NCBI RefSeq assembly: GCF_008831285.2
Contig: NC_045138.2
Coordinates: forward strand, 38,936,001-39,000,000
Length of the DNA: 64,000 bases
DNA from: Nymphaea colorata
Taxonomy: Eukaryota
Direction of reading: 5' to 3'
In this document: positions 13,922-27,210 of the stretch, piece after piece
Layout: every line of letters begins with the position of its first letter
How positions within the stretch are numbered: position 1 is the stretch's first letter
Translations under genes and position numbers: made by a program
Notes under the pieces: model-generated
The model's database searches: none
Told to the model about the DNA's origin: nothing
What the model saw: the letters and a program-made list of their open reading frames with translations, nothing else

Positions 13922-15629
13922 AATGGTACCTGAAACCCATGTGACTTGATATCTATGGATTTCAAGAAGCAACATTTACAAATATATGGTGTAACCATTG
14001 CATCTTTCTACCAAAAGATTTCATATTTCATTAGAAAGACAGCTTGTGTTTTGAAATTTACAAACTGACCACTTGTATTTAAAAGTGTGATTTTGTGAAA
14101 TTTTGTGGAGTAATAGTAGTCATCATCCTGCATCAACACCTACTATTACTTCAATTTTTTATGCTTCTAACATTACATGAAACATATGATTAGCAAGTGG
14201 TAAAAAGTGAACGCGAATGTTTTAAAGTTCAAAACCATATGTCATATTTAAACTCTTTCAATCTATTATGCTGCTGCTTGTGGTTTCTACTAATCACGTT
14301 GGACAAAAATAAACGTCGAAAAAATTACTTGTAAAAAGATGCCTTTGTAATTTCTGGCCCCTAACATGCTGTCTAGTGTGAAGAACGTAACATATAACCT
14401 ACTTCGTCAAATTTAGATATCCGATGATATCCAATTGAGTTTCAGATATATATAAAAATATCCAATCATATTCAAATTCGGGTTCAGATCGGATTTAGTT
14501 TTAAACAAATATCCTATATCCAATGCCTTTACAATTGAACATCAGCCAATTCGATTCAAAATTTGGATTTGGATTCAGATGTGAATGTAAAAATCAAATT
14601 GGGATTGTGAAATCAGATTTCAAATTCCAATACGACTTATTTTTTTCATGTGAATATTCCAAAAAAACGATTGGAATTCGATCCATTGACATTTTACATT
14701 TGAAGTAGGTTATATATTATATATGTGTAATCAATACATCTTTACATCAGTTGAACTGGGTTGGACTTCCATTTACCTTAAAGGGCAGAAATAGCCATCA
14801 TTAATAAAATCAATATTTAGCTGTCATAAGTTTTTTTTTTTCCTTTAAAAAAAAATCTAACGAAATAAAACTAGATTCACAGTGTCTAGAATTATAAAAA
14901 TTCTAGAAAACATACTTAAAAAGTATTAGACCTTATGAACCGACAAAGTTAAGATGGATTGAACTTTTGTAAAAATCGTACCATACCTCAAAAAGTCATA
15001 ATTTATGTTTAATTCTATATTGGCAGTGTTATTATGATTGAACTAGTGAAAAGCAACAGATGTAATATTAAAAGTTTGAATAGCCTGAAATCTAAACAAA
15101 GTTGAGCAACAAAATTGAACCACATAATCCCGAAACTTCCAACTAAGTCTATGTCAATTTATTACTATCTGAACTTTTCTCTCTGTCCTTGTGGCGATTA
15201 ATTCCGAAGGGGAAAAAATGATTTCTTCTAATTTTACCTCCCAAGATCATTTTTATGGCACACAATTTCTTAATTGAATGTTAATTTTTTTTATAATATA
15301 CTCAACTTTTTTTTGAAGTAGTTGGACTATTTATCTGATCCAAGTCGGGTCTACACGAACTCTAAAAAAGATTAAAAAAAAAACATGGGAGAAAGAAGTG
15401 AACACAAAATGAACGTAATGTCAGGAAAAGGAAAACACCATTTTTCTGACTTGCCCGTTGAGAACAGGACAACCCATTTAAAATTTTGAAAATTTGCAGA
15501 GCGGCGGCCCAAGAAAGACCAACAGTATTCCGCTCTAACGGCTATGTCACTCGGACACTCCCCTCTTATCGTTCTTCCATCAGTCATCGGTTCCCTCTGT
15601 CTCTCTCTTTTCTCTGTCTCTCCCTGAAG

Positions 15630-17848
15630 ATGATGTCTGAAATGGAGAAGGCAACAGCAACAGTAACACCACCACGCAAGTCATCCTCGGCTCTGAGAAG
15701 CAAGGAACTCTTCAACCTCCAACCGCCACCGTCCCTTATCCTCGATGGCACTCCCACCCCTCACCCTACTCCAAAAGTTTCTCCTTCCCTTCCGGACGCC
15801 ACCGACACGCTTCCTCAGAGCCGCCACCACCACCATCAACAACAAGAACAACTGCCGGCGCCACCTGCCATTCTTTCTCCTTCCTCCTCCGCCAGAAGAA
15901 GCAGGAGAGGACAGCTGGCCAGACCCAGGCACAGGGCCGAGAGGCTCTCGTCGTCCTCCTCCTCCTCCCTCCTTCCCCTGCCATCCAGACTCTGCATCGA
16001 TGACCCCCTTATGGATTCACCTACCCTGAGGCCGAAAAAATGGAAGAACGGCTGCAGTCCCGGCGGCCGTGCTTCTCCAGTTGCCCAAAGAAGCAGCAGG
16101 CGTGTGTCGAGGAGAGCGGCTATGGCGCCAATGGTAATTGAGAAAGAAGAAAAGGAATTCGGTGATGTGAGTGCTCAAGAAGATCACCCACCTACCAAGA
16201 AGGGAACGCCACGCAGGCTCGGCGAGAAAGGTTTGCGAGAAATCTTGTGGAACCTCCAGAGTTTTTATTATTATTATTTTTTTCGTCCTTGAATCAACGC
16301 CAATGCTTTCGATATTGGTGCAGAAGGGTATAAAAAGGAGCTTGATGGTCGTGACATTAATCGAGTGGGACAATGGCTCTACGAACTGATCATGTGGAAG
16401 GATGTCGCCAGATCCAGTCTCTGGTTCGGTTTGGGGTCGGTCTGTTTCTTGGCTTCTGCCTTTGCACAGGGCATCAGCTTCAGGTTTCAATCTTCGTCTC
16501 ATGGTGGAACTCCTTTCCTTAGTTATTGAGCTAGGAACTAACTTCAGTGTTCTCTTTTCTGCATCATCACAGTTTTGTATCAGTTACTTCACAGCTGGCC
16601 CTTCTCTTCTTGGCCGTCGTGTTCCTCTACAATTCATTTGCGAGAAAGTAATGGCATTTTTTCTTCCTTTCTTTTCTCTCTTTACCTTTCTTTGCGCTGT
16701 TGTTGCATTCCTTTGCTCATTTATGACTCGTAGAGCTTTTTTATATGCAGGGAGAAGGATGGTGATTATGATGCAAGCGAATCAAGAAACAAGCTGGTGG
16801 TGAGGCAAGAGGATATAGCTTATGCAGTCCAAATGCTCGTTTCAGTGCTGAACATGATCATTTCAAAGATCAGAGAGCTTTTCTCAGGGGATCCATCGAT
16901 GACTCTCAAGGTATCTTAGCCATGAACATCAAATTACATCTTATTGCAGCTGGAAGAATTACAAAAGTCGGATAAAAATCTTGAAATCAGCAAAAACAGA
17001 ATCATGTTCCTATTTCATATATGGCGATGGTTCCATAATGGGTGCTCACCTGGTGAACTACAGTGAAGAAGATGACAGTGATAAAGCATTCACCTTATTA
17101 CGATCCCTACCTTTTTTTTCTCAGGTTGCTCCAATCCTATTCATTGCGTCTGAATACGGCCACGTATTGTCCTTGTGGAGACTCTTTGCAGCAGGTAGCT
17201 GCTGAACTATTTTTCTGAAAACTTATTGCGTCTCCAAGTAATATGTCAATTTAATAATGCATCGATGCAGGATTTTTCTTGAGCTTTACTATTCCTAAAA
17301 TGTACTCATGCTATGCGGAGCAATTACACGGACAAGGTTAGCTGCTATATATATAGTCACAAATTGATAAAAAACACTATGCTGCATGATTGGGGAGTGG
17401 ACCTAATTTATAGCTACTTTCTCTGCGGATCAGTGGGCCACTTCAGATCATGGATGTTGGAAGCATGGACAGGTTGCGGCCATAAAAGAATTCTTGCGAC
17501 TTCCGCAACCACAATCTTTTGGAATGTCTCAAGCACGAGGACACGTTTTTTTGCTGGTAATTGGTTAATCTCCTGGTGCTAAAAATGACGTAGATTCAAT
17601 TATAGATGAAAAAACAATAGAAGCTGGTGGCAAGCCAAATTTTTCTTCCTCTGTAATGGAACATGGTAAAACTCATTGATTTCTTGTTGGTACTAAGGAA
17701 ATACTTCTTTTTCTTATCTGCAGCGTTTATGTTTGTGGTATTGCTACGGTTTTACCGGCAATGCTCCCAGTCACAAGGTGAAGCTGGAAACGGGGATGCG
17801 GTTGTAGTAGAGGTCGTAGAGGAAGAAACACTGGACAAAAATGAGTGA
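15630..17848 (+). CDS. Reticulon-like protein with long disordered N-terminus (RTNLB17/18/21 type). Exons ~15630-16230, 16324-16483, 16573-16648, 16751-16910, 17125-17194, 17271-17336, 17433-17556, 17724-17848
   Basis: The spliced product contains reticulon-domain hallmarks LIMWKDVARSSLWFGLG, IRELFSGDPSMTLKVAPILF, LSLWRLFAAGFFLSFTIPKMYSCY and FWNVSSTRTRFFAAFM. GT-AG junctions keep the frame. Confidence 0.85.
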
Positions 17849-19037
17849 TCGACTTGATGACTTGCCTTTGTATTATGTCCATGGAGAATGCACGAATGTC
17901 TGTTTCTGCAATATGTGGCAGAAGGGAAGGATAGATATTGTTTTTAGCTTTCTTTCATAGTAATCAAGTGGAAACTCTTGAAGAGAGGCATAGTGCGTCA
18001 AGGACTAGAGAGACTGTAGATAGAAGTCAGTAATCAACTTGCTTTTGCACTTTATCCATTGCTCTTTCCTCTGAGAAACTCTATCAACAGATGGATTTTC
18101 TTTTCCAGTGCCTCTTTTCAATGATCAAACAGCAAATATGAATTGTATTGGTTCAAACCATTTCAGATTAAATTCTCCTCAGACAATACGTACTAGAAAA
18201 ATTTCTTCAACCAATCCAGATGTATCTATGAATTGCTTATGTATATCTATGAATTGCTTATGTTTGGAATACTTCCCATTTTCTGGAAACGTTCAGAGTC
18301 ATAGTCTTTGACAGAGGTAAAAAAAATGACCTTCACACATCCAACATTTCTTAACTTTCTAAACCAGTATTACAATATGAATTTTCTTCTAATATTTACA
18401 GAAAGATTTGATTGCGTTCCTGACCTAAGAGCAGAGTTTAATGTCCATTGGCCTATACGTAATCGTTCAACACAGTTTATCATAGCCCAACTTCAAAGCC
18501 AAAGTGAAAGGAGTACATGGCCTGTGTAGACTTTCTACATCCTTGCTTGCTGAGCTTCCCATTTAGATCCTACACAGGATTTGCTTCAGCACAGATCATC
18601 AGATCAGGCCAGCTCTAAGGCTATCAACCCCTCCTGGTGACAAAGTTTGGATCTGCTTCTTAGAATCGACGGTTAAATAGTGTTCCATTTTTTACAAACC
18701 AACTTACATCAGAATATTTTTCAGATTTTTAAGTTCTCACTTGACAGTGACACCATCACACTCCATGCCCATTGATAAATCTTTTCTTTTTGCAAGTTCG
18801 TGCTTGGAAGGAGAAAATGCGGTTAAAGTCTGACAAAGGATATCTATACTGATAATTACATATCACTCCTTTAGAAGAGAAGATTATTATTACAGTTTTC
18901 TTGGCTTTTATTTCTCACTAAGGTAGGAGGCAGCAGCTGGACTCCCACGAACACACGTATTCCCCATTTTTCCAGGGCTAAACTCAACGAGCCGTTTTAC
19001 TTCTCTACCAAACCCATGCAGGAGCAACCAATTTCCC

Positions 19038-22000
19038 TCAATTTTTCTTGTGCCGGTGACAGAAAGATCTCAGTCTTGCAAGACCATCTTGCAGAAGTGG
19101 AGGATCTACAGCAAAGGTGATCCGAAGCCATCCCTTCATGCCCAGTGCACTACCTGCAAAACTTGCCTTTGTAACGAGGAAGACCATGTAACAATTACAG
19201 AACTAATTATCAACTTTAACTATTACCTGGCAAGACAATTATAGATTCTTCTTTGGCCAATTTGCAGCAGAAATCCATATCATCCTTTATGTTCTTCAAA
19301 CGAGAAGCATCTAGTCTCACCTGCCACAGAGAAAACGCTCTTCCTAATATGATATTGATTTACAATAAATAATAAATAAAGTTAAAGGAACTCTGCTTTA
19401 CCATAACAAACATTGATGCTTCAGGCCTGTGTGGACAAGAAATGCAGTCAATTTGCAAGAGACTGTTGTAGCATATATCTGCTGTTAATTTCAACGTCTG
19501 GACCGTTTTGTTAAAGAAATCCTTGGTTGTTTCTCCAAGAATCTTTGGAATCGCTGCCTGGTAAATTGGATACTCGTCAGTCATTAGGAACTGTGAAAAC
19601 TTAACCTCTAAAAGTGATACAGCCTGAGGAGATCATTTCATGTACCGGAAGGGGAACATGTCAGTGAGCCCCAAGAGCTGTGGAGCCCCAGCAATGGGGA
19701 GCTCCCGTATATTCATGTCATTTCAGTACAAATGTGGCATAAAAGAAAAAACTAGCTCTCCATCTCAGTTAAGAAATTTGTGTTAACACCTTATCATTTT
19801 GGTCAACAAGAAATGGCGTCTGAATGTGTAGAATTCATTATGGTCAAGAATTCTTATCTATCCTGGAATTGAATGGCAACAGCCGTTAAATTTACCAAAA
19901 ATACCAGTACGGAACAACATACAGATGTGCCAGTTCCTTTTCCCTCTAATGACTAAGTGAAATTGTATCTCCCCCCATTTTAATTAGTTCTTTCTAGCAT
20001 TTTATGTGACCCTGTGGCAGACTTGTCTCTAATCACAAGAAATGTAAGGCCTACATATGTTCCTGCTCTCTTCCTACCATCAGATCAGCAGTACATAGAA
20101 GCACTGCAAGCACATACACAGAGGGAAGAAAAAAGACAAAATCACATGTCTATATACATATACAGAAGTCATGGAATTCCAAATGAAACTAGCATTTTTT
20201 TGAGTTTACAACATCTGAACCTCACCAGTGTTCAAGTGGTGGTTTCCAAATTTAAACTAAACGCTGAGGATGAAGTCCATGGAGTGTACAAAATTAACCA
20301 TGATACCCTCATATTTTATGAATGTTGAGAAGTGTCTTGCTGGTAATTTTACCATCTTTAACCATTACATTTATTTTGGAACCCTTTTCCTTGGACAGTG
20401 GTCTAGTGCTCTACAAAAATAGTCACTTTGCATGTTTATGAATCTGAATAATTAAGTAATTTTGCCAAAAACTACCCCACAAAAGAGGTAAAGGACCCAA
20501 ACAAGAACAAATGCATATAGCAGATAATAACACATGCCAAAGATAAACCAGGACATGTGAACCGGAAGGAAATATCAGCAGGCAAACGAGGTACTTAACT
20601 ATGATACATCTAAAATCAGCTTCTAGCAGAATGACACATTGAAAAGAACGAATTCAACAAGAATTGTGGAGGCGAACATGCACACAAGAAAAGAGGATAA
20701 GCATGAGTTACAAAACCTGAATTATAGTTGGTGGATCAGATGACACATTCAGGTAACTCCTTACACCATCAACAATCTGAAAGTAATGGAACATCCACAG
20801 TTAGTAGAAGGGAAAAATATCCTTGAAGATATTGGCACGTTATGCATTAATCAGAAAAATATCCTTGAAGACTTTGTTACTAAGGTCTACCTCTTGCACA
20901 CCAACTAAGACTTTTGATTGCTTGGTCAATAAACACACTGAAAAGTGAGAGTCAAATGGACAAACAAATACTAACCTCAAAGAAAAGTTTATATACCACG
21001 GAAAGGTTCTTACTCTTTATCAAAGAAAATTACAGATCTGCAGTAAATAGTACAAAGGTGAAAGTTTTTCCACATATCGTAAATGTGGACCTTTGCTTCT
21101 TTTTTTTTGGGGTCAAAGAATCACATGTTTGGTCTATCATGTAGTACCAAACCCAGGCAAAAATCTTGACAGCTTAATGCGCAAGAAATATCAAGACATT
21201 TTGACATAACTTAAAGATGGAGAATGATTTTACATAAACCTTTGAGAGTTAAAGCCCAACAAAAGAAGCCTAGAGTAGCAAGGGCCCGTTCATGGGTTCA
21301 AAAGTTCAAACATCATGATAGTTTCTAGAAACGGTTCTAAATTTTTGTCTTCGGTTAAGAAAAGGAAAAGTGACATTGTCCACAGAGAAGTTAGAACCCA
21401 TTTTCTTGTGAGATACTGCAGGCCATTTCCTTTGATGACAGTCAATGTTGATCTTTCAAAAGCAGGTTCGTAGAGTAGTAGCTTTTTATTGGAAGTCGAT
21501 TTGAAAGATCTACCTGTTAATGGACTCTGGTTTCGCAATGAATAAAGAAATAAGCAAAATACGTTAACGCCAACCTTGTTTTGCTTCAGAATGCCGTTGG
21601 GATCGCATGCCGCAAGCCATCCGAGTCTCCATCCAGGCACCACCCATCTCTTCGATATTGAACCCAATGTAATTACCGGAACTATAGAACTAAATGCTCC
21701 CATTGGAACGAAAGGCCTGCTTCCAAAGTTCAGATGAGCATACACTTCATCGGCGATCACAACAATGCCCAGCTTCCTCGCCACACCGGCAACCTAAAAC
21801 CATGCACAATGGCACCAGGACCCGAAAATGTTATCACAAGAAAACAGAGGTTTTCTCAAAGGGGTTGAATGAATTTACAGACCTTCTCCAAGTGCTCCCT
21901 AGAGAAGACATTGCCGCAAGGATTCACCGGATTAATGATAACCATGGCGACGGTGTTCTCGTCTGCGAGCGACTCGACGGCTTCGAGATCGATCTCCCAA

Positions 22001-24365
22001 TGTTGGTCCGGAAGCAGGTCGAAGTGACGGCCTTCAAGGCCGCACAAGGTGGTTCTCGCTTCGTAGAGCGGGAAACCCGGCCTGGGGAGCAAGATGTTGG
22101 CACCTGGGCGGGAGAGGACGTGGAGGACGACCTCGATGGCCTGAGCGCATCCCACAGTGAGGAAGACATCGTCATGGGAAAGCTTGTAGGGGAGGTCTTT
22201 AGACAAGTACTCAGAAACTGCCCTGTAGATAGATAGAAGCAAGTTGAGAACAAAGAAGAAGAAGAAGAAGAAGTAAACGAGAAAAATAGAATTACACCGC
22301 ACAGTAGGAAGACTGCAGAAATGGGAAAAGAGGAATTTTTCTAGACAAACAATAAAACCATCAAAAAGAAGGAATTGTCTGCTAAGAGACGAGCTTTTGG
22401 CGTCCAAACGGGAGAGCATTTAGAACAGGCATCAACATGAAAAGAGACAAGCAGTGGAAGACAACGAGGCGCAGACTTATGGCCACGTTGAGGGGCTCAG
22501 AGAAGACAACCAACGTCCATGGCGACGAGACTCGGGCCCATATCCTTCCTACTCGCTTTCTTTTCTCAAAAGGAGAAAGGGGAAAAAAATAACAAGAAGA
22601 ATCTTGGCCACGTCTCCGTGACCACCATTCTCAAGTTTTACGAATAAACGAAGTTCGAGGAGACGGAGAAGCTTATGGGCAACTGTGAACGAGCGCTGAG
22701 GCTCGTCCTCGCTCAACCCCGTGAGGCCACAACCCGACCTTCTAGCGCAGAGAGTAAGCCTCTGCTCGGGGAGTAAGAATTGAACTTCGTCGACCGCGTC
22801 TTCCGCGACGGTCGCCGTCTTGAATGACTCGAACGCCGAGGGATCGCCGTGGAGCAGGGGGGATCACGGGCCGTTCATCGGTCTTCTTCAGGTTAGAGAG
22901 TAAGACTTCAAGCACTGCTTTGATGCCCTTCTGGTTCGCCAACGAGAGATTCTCGTTGGGCTTGAACCTTCATAGCTTATCCTCCATTTCCTCCTCCCCG
23001 TTCAACACCTCCCCAGAACAAGTTTTGGCATTCTTCACCTTCTTCCTCTCCTCTATGACTTCTCTTTGTTCTTAGTTGCTCAATAGAGTAAAGGTTAGAG
23101 AGAAAGAAAGAGGAAAAGAGCGAGAGAGAGTGAGGAGGTAGTTGTGAGAGACAGAGGTTGGTCGTAAGGTAACTGTACAAGAGGTACGATGAACTTTTGA
23201 AATGCTTCACAAAAATTTTAACTGCACAACTGAGGCCCATATTTCGAAATACACTCTCAAATAAGTTTGTTCTATGCGTAGGTAGATTTTCATCGACGGG
23301 TCGACGCTCTATACTTTCTCAAATGTCATAAACTGCAAATGATTTAATGCAGCATAAAAAAACAACTGCAACTGAGAATGTATTTCCAGGTTTTCGAATA
23401 TGATAACTCCACTCATGTCGGAGCGGTTTAGAATAAAAACACATAATTGAGTTCGCCATCAGTCTCAGTCAAGTGGCCGGCAGCCGGCCGGCGAGTGGGT
23501 TTGTTGAACACTACAAAATTTGCTATACTAGAATTTTTCCCGTTTGAGGAGGCAAAGGAATCTGGATGTCACGTATAACGTGATAACTGCAGTCATGCAA
23601 GACAAATTTGGGTCTACTTTTCAAAAAGGCACATGTTCTAGCCATCTTTGGATCATGGGCAGCTGGAAAATCGACTCCAAAAGTGTTATTTTGGAAACTT
23701 TACGTGGAAACAAAGGTAACAATGGGAAAACTTTAGTGCCCATTTGGCGAAAGCCTAGTGATTCACTTAAAGGCTTCGGTCAGTTGTTACGGATAGCACA
23801 ACTTCTGGACGTCATAAAATAAGATCAAAGGACATCGCATTCAAATCGCATTGATGCACTCGCAAGAAATGGGTAAAGTCTTCCATAGACTCTGGAATTT
23901 CGAGTTCCCCCGCTGAACGACAGTAAATGCTTAGTCGGTGATGGTCGTAGTTTTCTGACTCAAGAAATTATGGTAGTCTGGTTATACTTTCAGAGAGAGG
24001 AGAAGAAGAAGAAGAAGAATGTAAACGGAAGTGTAGACCGAGTACAGTACAGACCTTCTAGCGGCAGGGAGGCCGATGCTGGGCGGGTACCTGTTGAACT
24101 TCCCGGACCTTATGGACTCGACGACGGCATCTTCAGCCGTGGACGTCGTCCTGAACGACTCGAACGCGGAAGGGTCGCCGTGGCCGAGCTGGATGACGAC
24201 CCTCCCGTCCTCCCCGTTGAGGTTAGAACCCACTATATCCAGCACGCCTCTGATGCTCTGCTGGTTCACCGCCGCGAGCCTCTCGTTGGGCTTGAACCGC
24301 CATCGCCTCCCCTCCGCTTCTCCCTTCCCGTTCGCCACTACAAGCCCGCCGCCACCATTCTCCAT
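19038..24365 (-). CDS. TAT: Tyrosine / nicotianamine aminotransferase family (PLP class I). Exons 24365-24055, 22222-21883, 21793-21575, 20776-20717, 19557-19402, 19320-19227, 19153-19038
   Basis: [49 protein letters not shown]-lysine motif [24 protein letters not shown]. Seven-exon frame is continuous. Confidence 0.92.
22739..23056 (-). pseudogene. Decayed paralogous copy of aminotransferase exon 1 inside intron 1
   Basis: Reads ...[41 protein letters not shown][frameshift][22 protein letters not shown][deletion][13 protein letters not shown] and ends at the same GCTAGAAG|GTC donor. W->TGA at 22970-22972. Confidence 0.88.
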
Positions 24366-24576
24366 CTTTCCTCCTTCCGCCTCTCCTCTTTCCGCTTCCG
24401 CTTGATTTTAACCACTTGCCCGGATTTTCAGAAGCCAAAATCGCGGGTGAACGACAACCCCAAAAACCAAGGACCTTGGTTCGTGGGCAGCACGCGCTCC
24501 TGATAGCAGCCACACAGAGGACAAGTTTCAGTCTCACAAAGGAACGCAAGTGGCGATCCTCTGCCTCTCTCTGTCA

Positions 24577-24788
24577 TTATATAGCATCGAGGGGAAGATG
24601 AAACGGGAAGAGGAAGGAAGGGAAGAAGGACAGTGCGGTTGGATTCTTGGAGGCGTTACGTGAACGGCCACCAACCAAAGGGGACGCTCTCTATCCATCG
24701 CTCTGGCGCGGACGTGTCACGGACTCTCGGGCCACTTGATTCACGTCGCCTTTCACCTCTGACGTACGCTATTCTTGCGACCACGTGG
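24577..24788 (-). promoter_or_regulatory. Aminotransferase proximal promoter: TATA box plus an ACGT-core (G-box/ABRE-like) cluster
   Basis: TATATAA on the - strand at ~24577-24583. TACGTG ~24657, GACGTGTC ~24710, CACGTC ~24742, TGACGT ~24760, CCACGTGG 24781-24788. Confidence 0.55.
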
Positions 24789-27048
24789 TGGCGCACACAA
24801 CTCCACATCCTAGATGGACGCCTTTCTTTCGGTCCACAGCTCGAGAGGACCGGGAAGGAAGAAAAAACAAGAAACAGAGCCGCCTTCTGTTGCACCCCTA
24901 AGCAGCAGCGCATAACAACTCTACATGTTATTCCACCTTTCATTATCAGCGTACCATGAACAATCTCAAGTCGTTTACGGTGATCAATCACCGTGGGCTT
25001 TAATAGTGAGGATTGACGCTATGAGAAATTACATTTCATTGAATCTGAATTCAAATTTCAGGCTTGACTGCTTGTCTAGTCAAATTCTAGCTTCAAATTT
25101 GAATTTGATTCAATGTCTATTCATTTTGAAAGCCAGTCCTCAACATATTATAATGCGCTTCTGATTGATTGTTATATGTTCATATGTGAAAATAAAAGGT
25201 CTAACTCAGATTGTAAATTTAAAAATCAAATTCTAGCATGGTAGAAGCTTTTCTTTGTTGCGGAAAAGATTCCAAATGGAAATTGGTCACCTAATACATC
25301 TCATTTAAATACGACATATTGACATGTGTAAGAAAGGACAATACTAGCTGCCAAATGTGCTACCATACATGGTCTCGCTCGATGGCTGAGTCTTTATTAA
25401 GGTGCAGGCCTGGCAGAGACGTTGCAGCCCTTCATTGTCTTCCTACACTGAGCAATCTCATGTCGTTTATAGTGATAAGTATGGGCCTCAAAACTTGAGG
25501 GCTGGTGAACATTTGGACCACACGTTTACAAAAAGCTGGTTATAAAAAAAAAAAAATGCTTCAAGTAAAATAAAATTGGATCGAATTTAGATCTAAGAAA
25601 CAGGGATTCGGATTCAGTTTTAAGTAAATACCTGATCAGATTTTGGTTGAAATTTAAATAGGAATAAATTTCAAATAAGTATCCTATATCAAATATCTTG
25701 TTCTTTTGGTAGTTGGTTCTTGACCTGTCATAATCTATTCTAGATTTGGCTGTATATTTAAAAACGGATTGTAAATTTGAAAATAAGACTCCGATGTCAT
25801 AGAGTTCCAATTCAGTTGTATGTAAATATAATAACAATCGTGTGATAAGTAATAGGTCAGATTCCAATTACAACCATTGACATTCTTAAGAACCCGTTTG
25901 ATAGCTGGATTTTTATTCACATGGATAAAAAGTCATGGACCGTGAACAAAAACTTTTGTCTGGTGTGTGATGGGTAGAGACAAAATCTCATAAGAATTCG
26001 TCCACTGCATGATGGACAAGAACAAAATTCTTGTACATTTTTTTTGCTTGCTGTCGAGCTGCAGAGAGAGTAGCGAAAGGGGACAAAGCAGATTGAGAGA
26101 GAATGATGATAATGAGAGAGAAAGAGTAAGGGAGGTTGTTTTATATATATATATATAAAGCACTAAGTATATAGTTAATAAATTTTCAATTGGCTTAAAG
26201 AGAATTAATATAAAAAATTCAAATTTAATGAGCACTTATACATAAAATAAATAAATTTATTAATATATAAATAAAACAAACTTTGTGGGCCGGCATGAAC
26301 AATTAAACGTGGTTCCGCTATTGGTCCAGCGGTATGAGATGTCTTTTCTAGGCCTAAGTTGAGGTAAGACGCAGTTTAAGACCTAGCCTTCATTCAATTA
26401 CTGGACGCAGTTTCAGACCTAGCCTTCATTCAATTACTAGCCGGTCAGCACCTTTGGGCCTCCGGCCACCTGATGATGAAAGAACTTACTGATTTGACTC
26501 TTTTCTTCAAACAATTGAGTAAAAAAACTTGAAGTCAGCAATATACCAATAAAATAGATCAGAAAGAGAGACGTTCAAAACAAGTTTTAAATAGGACCTA
26601 TGTTTAAAACTTCTAAAGGTATTTTGATAAGAAGAACATTGTATCCTTTAAATACATGTTCTTAAAATATAGAATCAGTGAAGGGCATGTTTTTGTTGTA
26701 GGAAACTAATATGATGTACTGGTGTAGTTTTATATATGTAAATCTTAAATTCAATAGCTAAACAACGTAATTGTACAATGTTACAAGAACTTTTGTTCAT
26801 GAAAAAATGTTCTTCTTCTTGAACAAAAACTCTTTTGAGTAATTCTCTCATTGTCAATGGAGAAGTAATAGGATTGAAAAGAGTTCTAAGTAGACATTTA
26901 GTCAACAATTTAGGTATTTTGAGATTTTTCATGTCGAAATATATGTAAGAAAAATGATCTTTAAAATGGCAGTGAGGGAAAAAGAAAAATAATTCAACCT
27001 TTAAAGCTTTTGTTCTTTCTCCTAAATCATTTCACCGGCAGTACCTAA

Positions 27049-27210
27049 GGTCCAGTTTGATGTCAACGTGAAATTTGGAACGTTAAAGTTACCATGTAAA
27101 AAAATCAATGGTAAAAAGTTGGAAGTTTTTTGCAGGATAAAATTATCGCCGTACAAAAACATGAAGTTTCCGTTGCTGCAGAGTAAATTTCTTGTGCATC
27201 AAACGGGACC
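27049..27210. mobile_element. Tourist/PIF-Harbinger-like MITE, 162 bp
   Basis: 14-bp TIRs ggtccagtttgatg / catcaaacgggacc (1 mismatch). TAA TSD at 27046-27048 and 27211-27213. Confidence 0.88.

Noticed and set aside
23970..24503. 177-aa and 109-aa ORFs on the + strand
   Set aside because: Antisense shadows of GC-rich aminotransferase exon 1.
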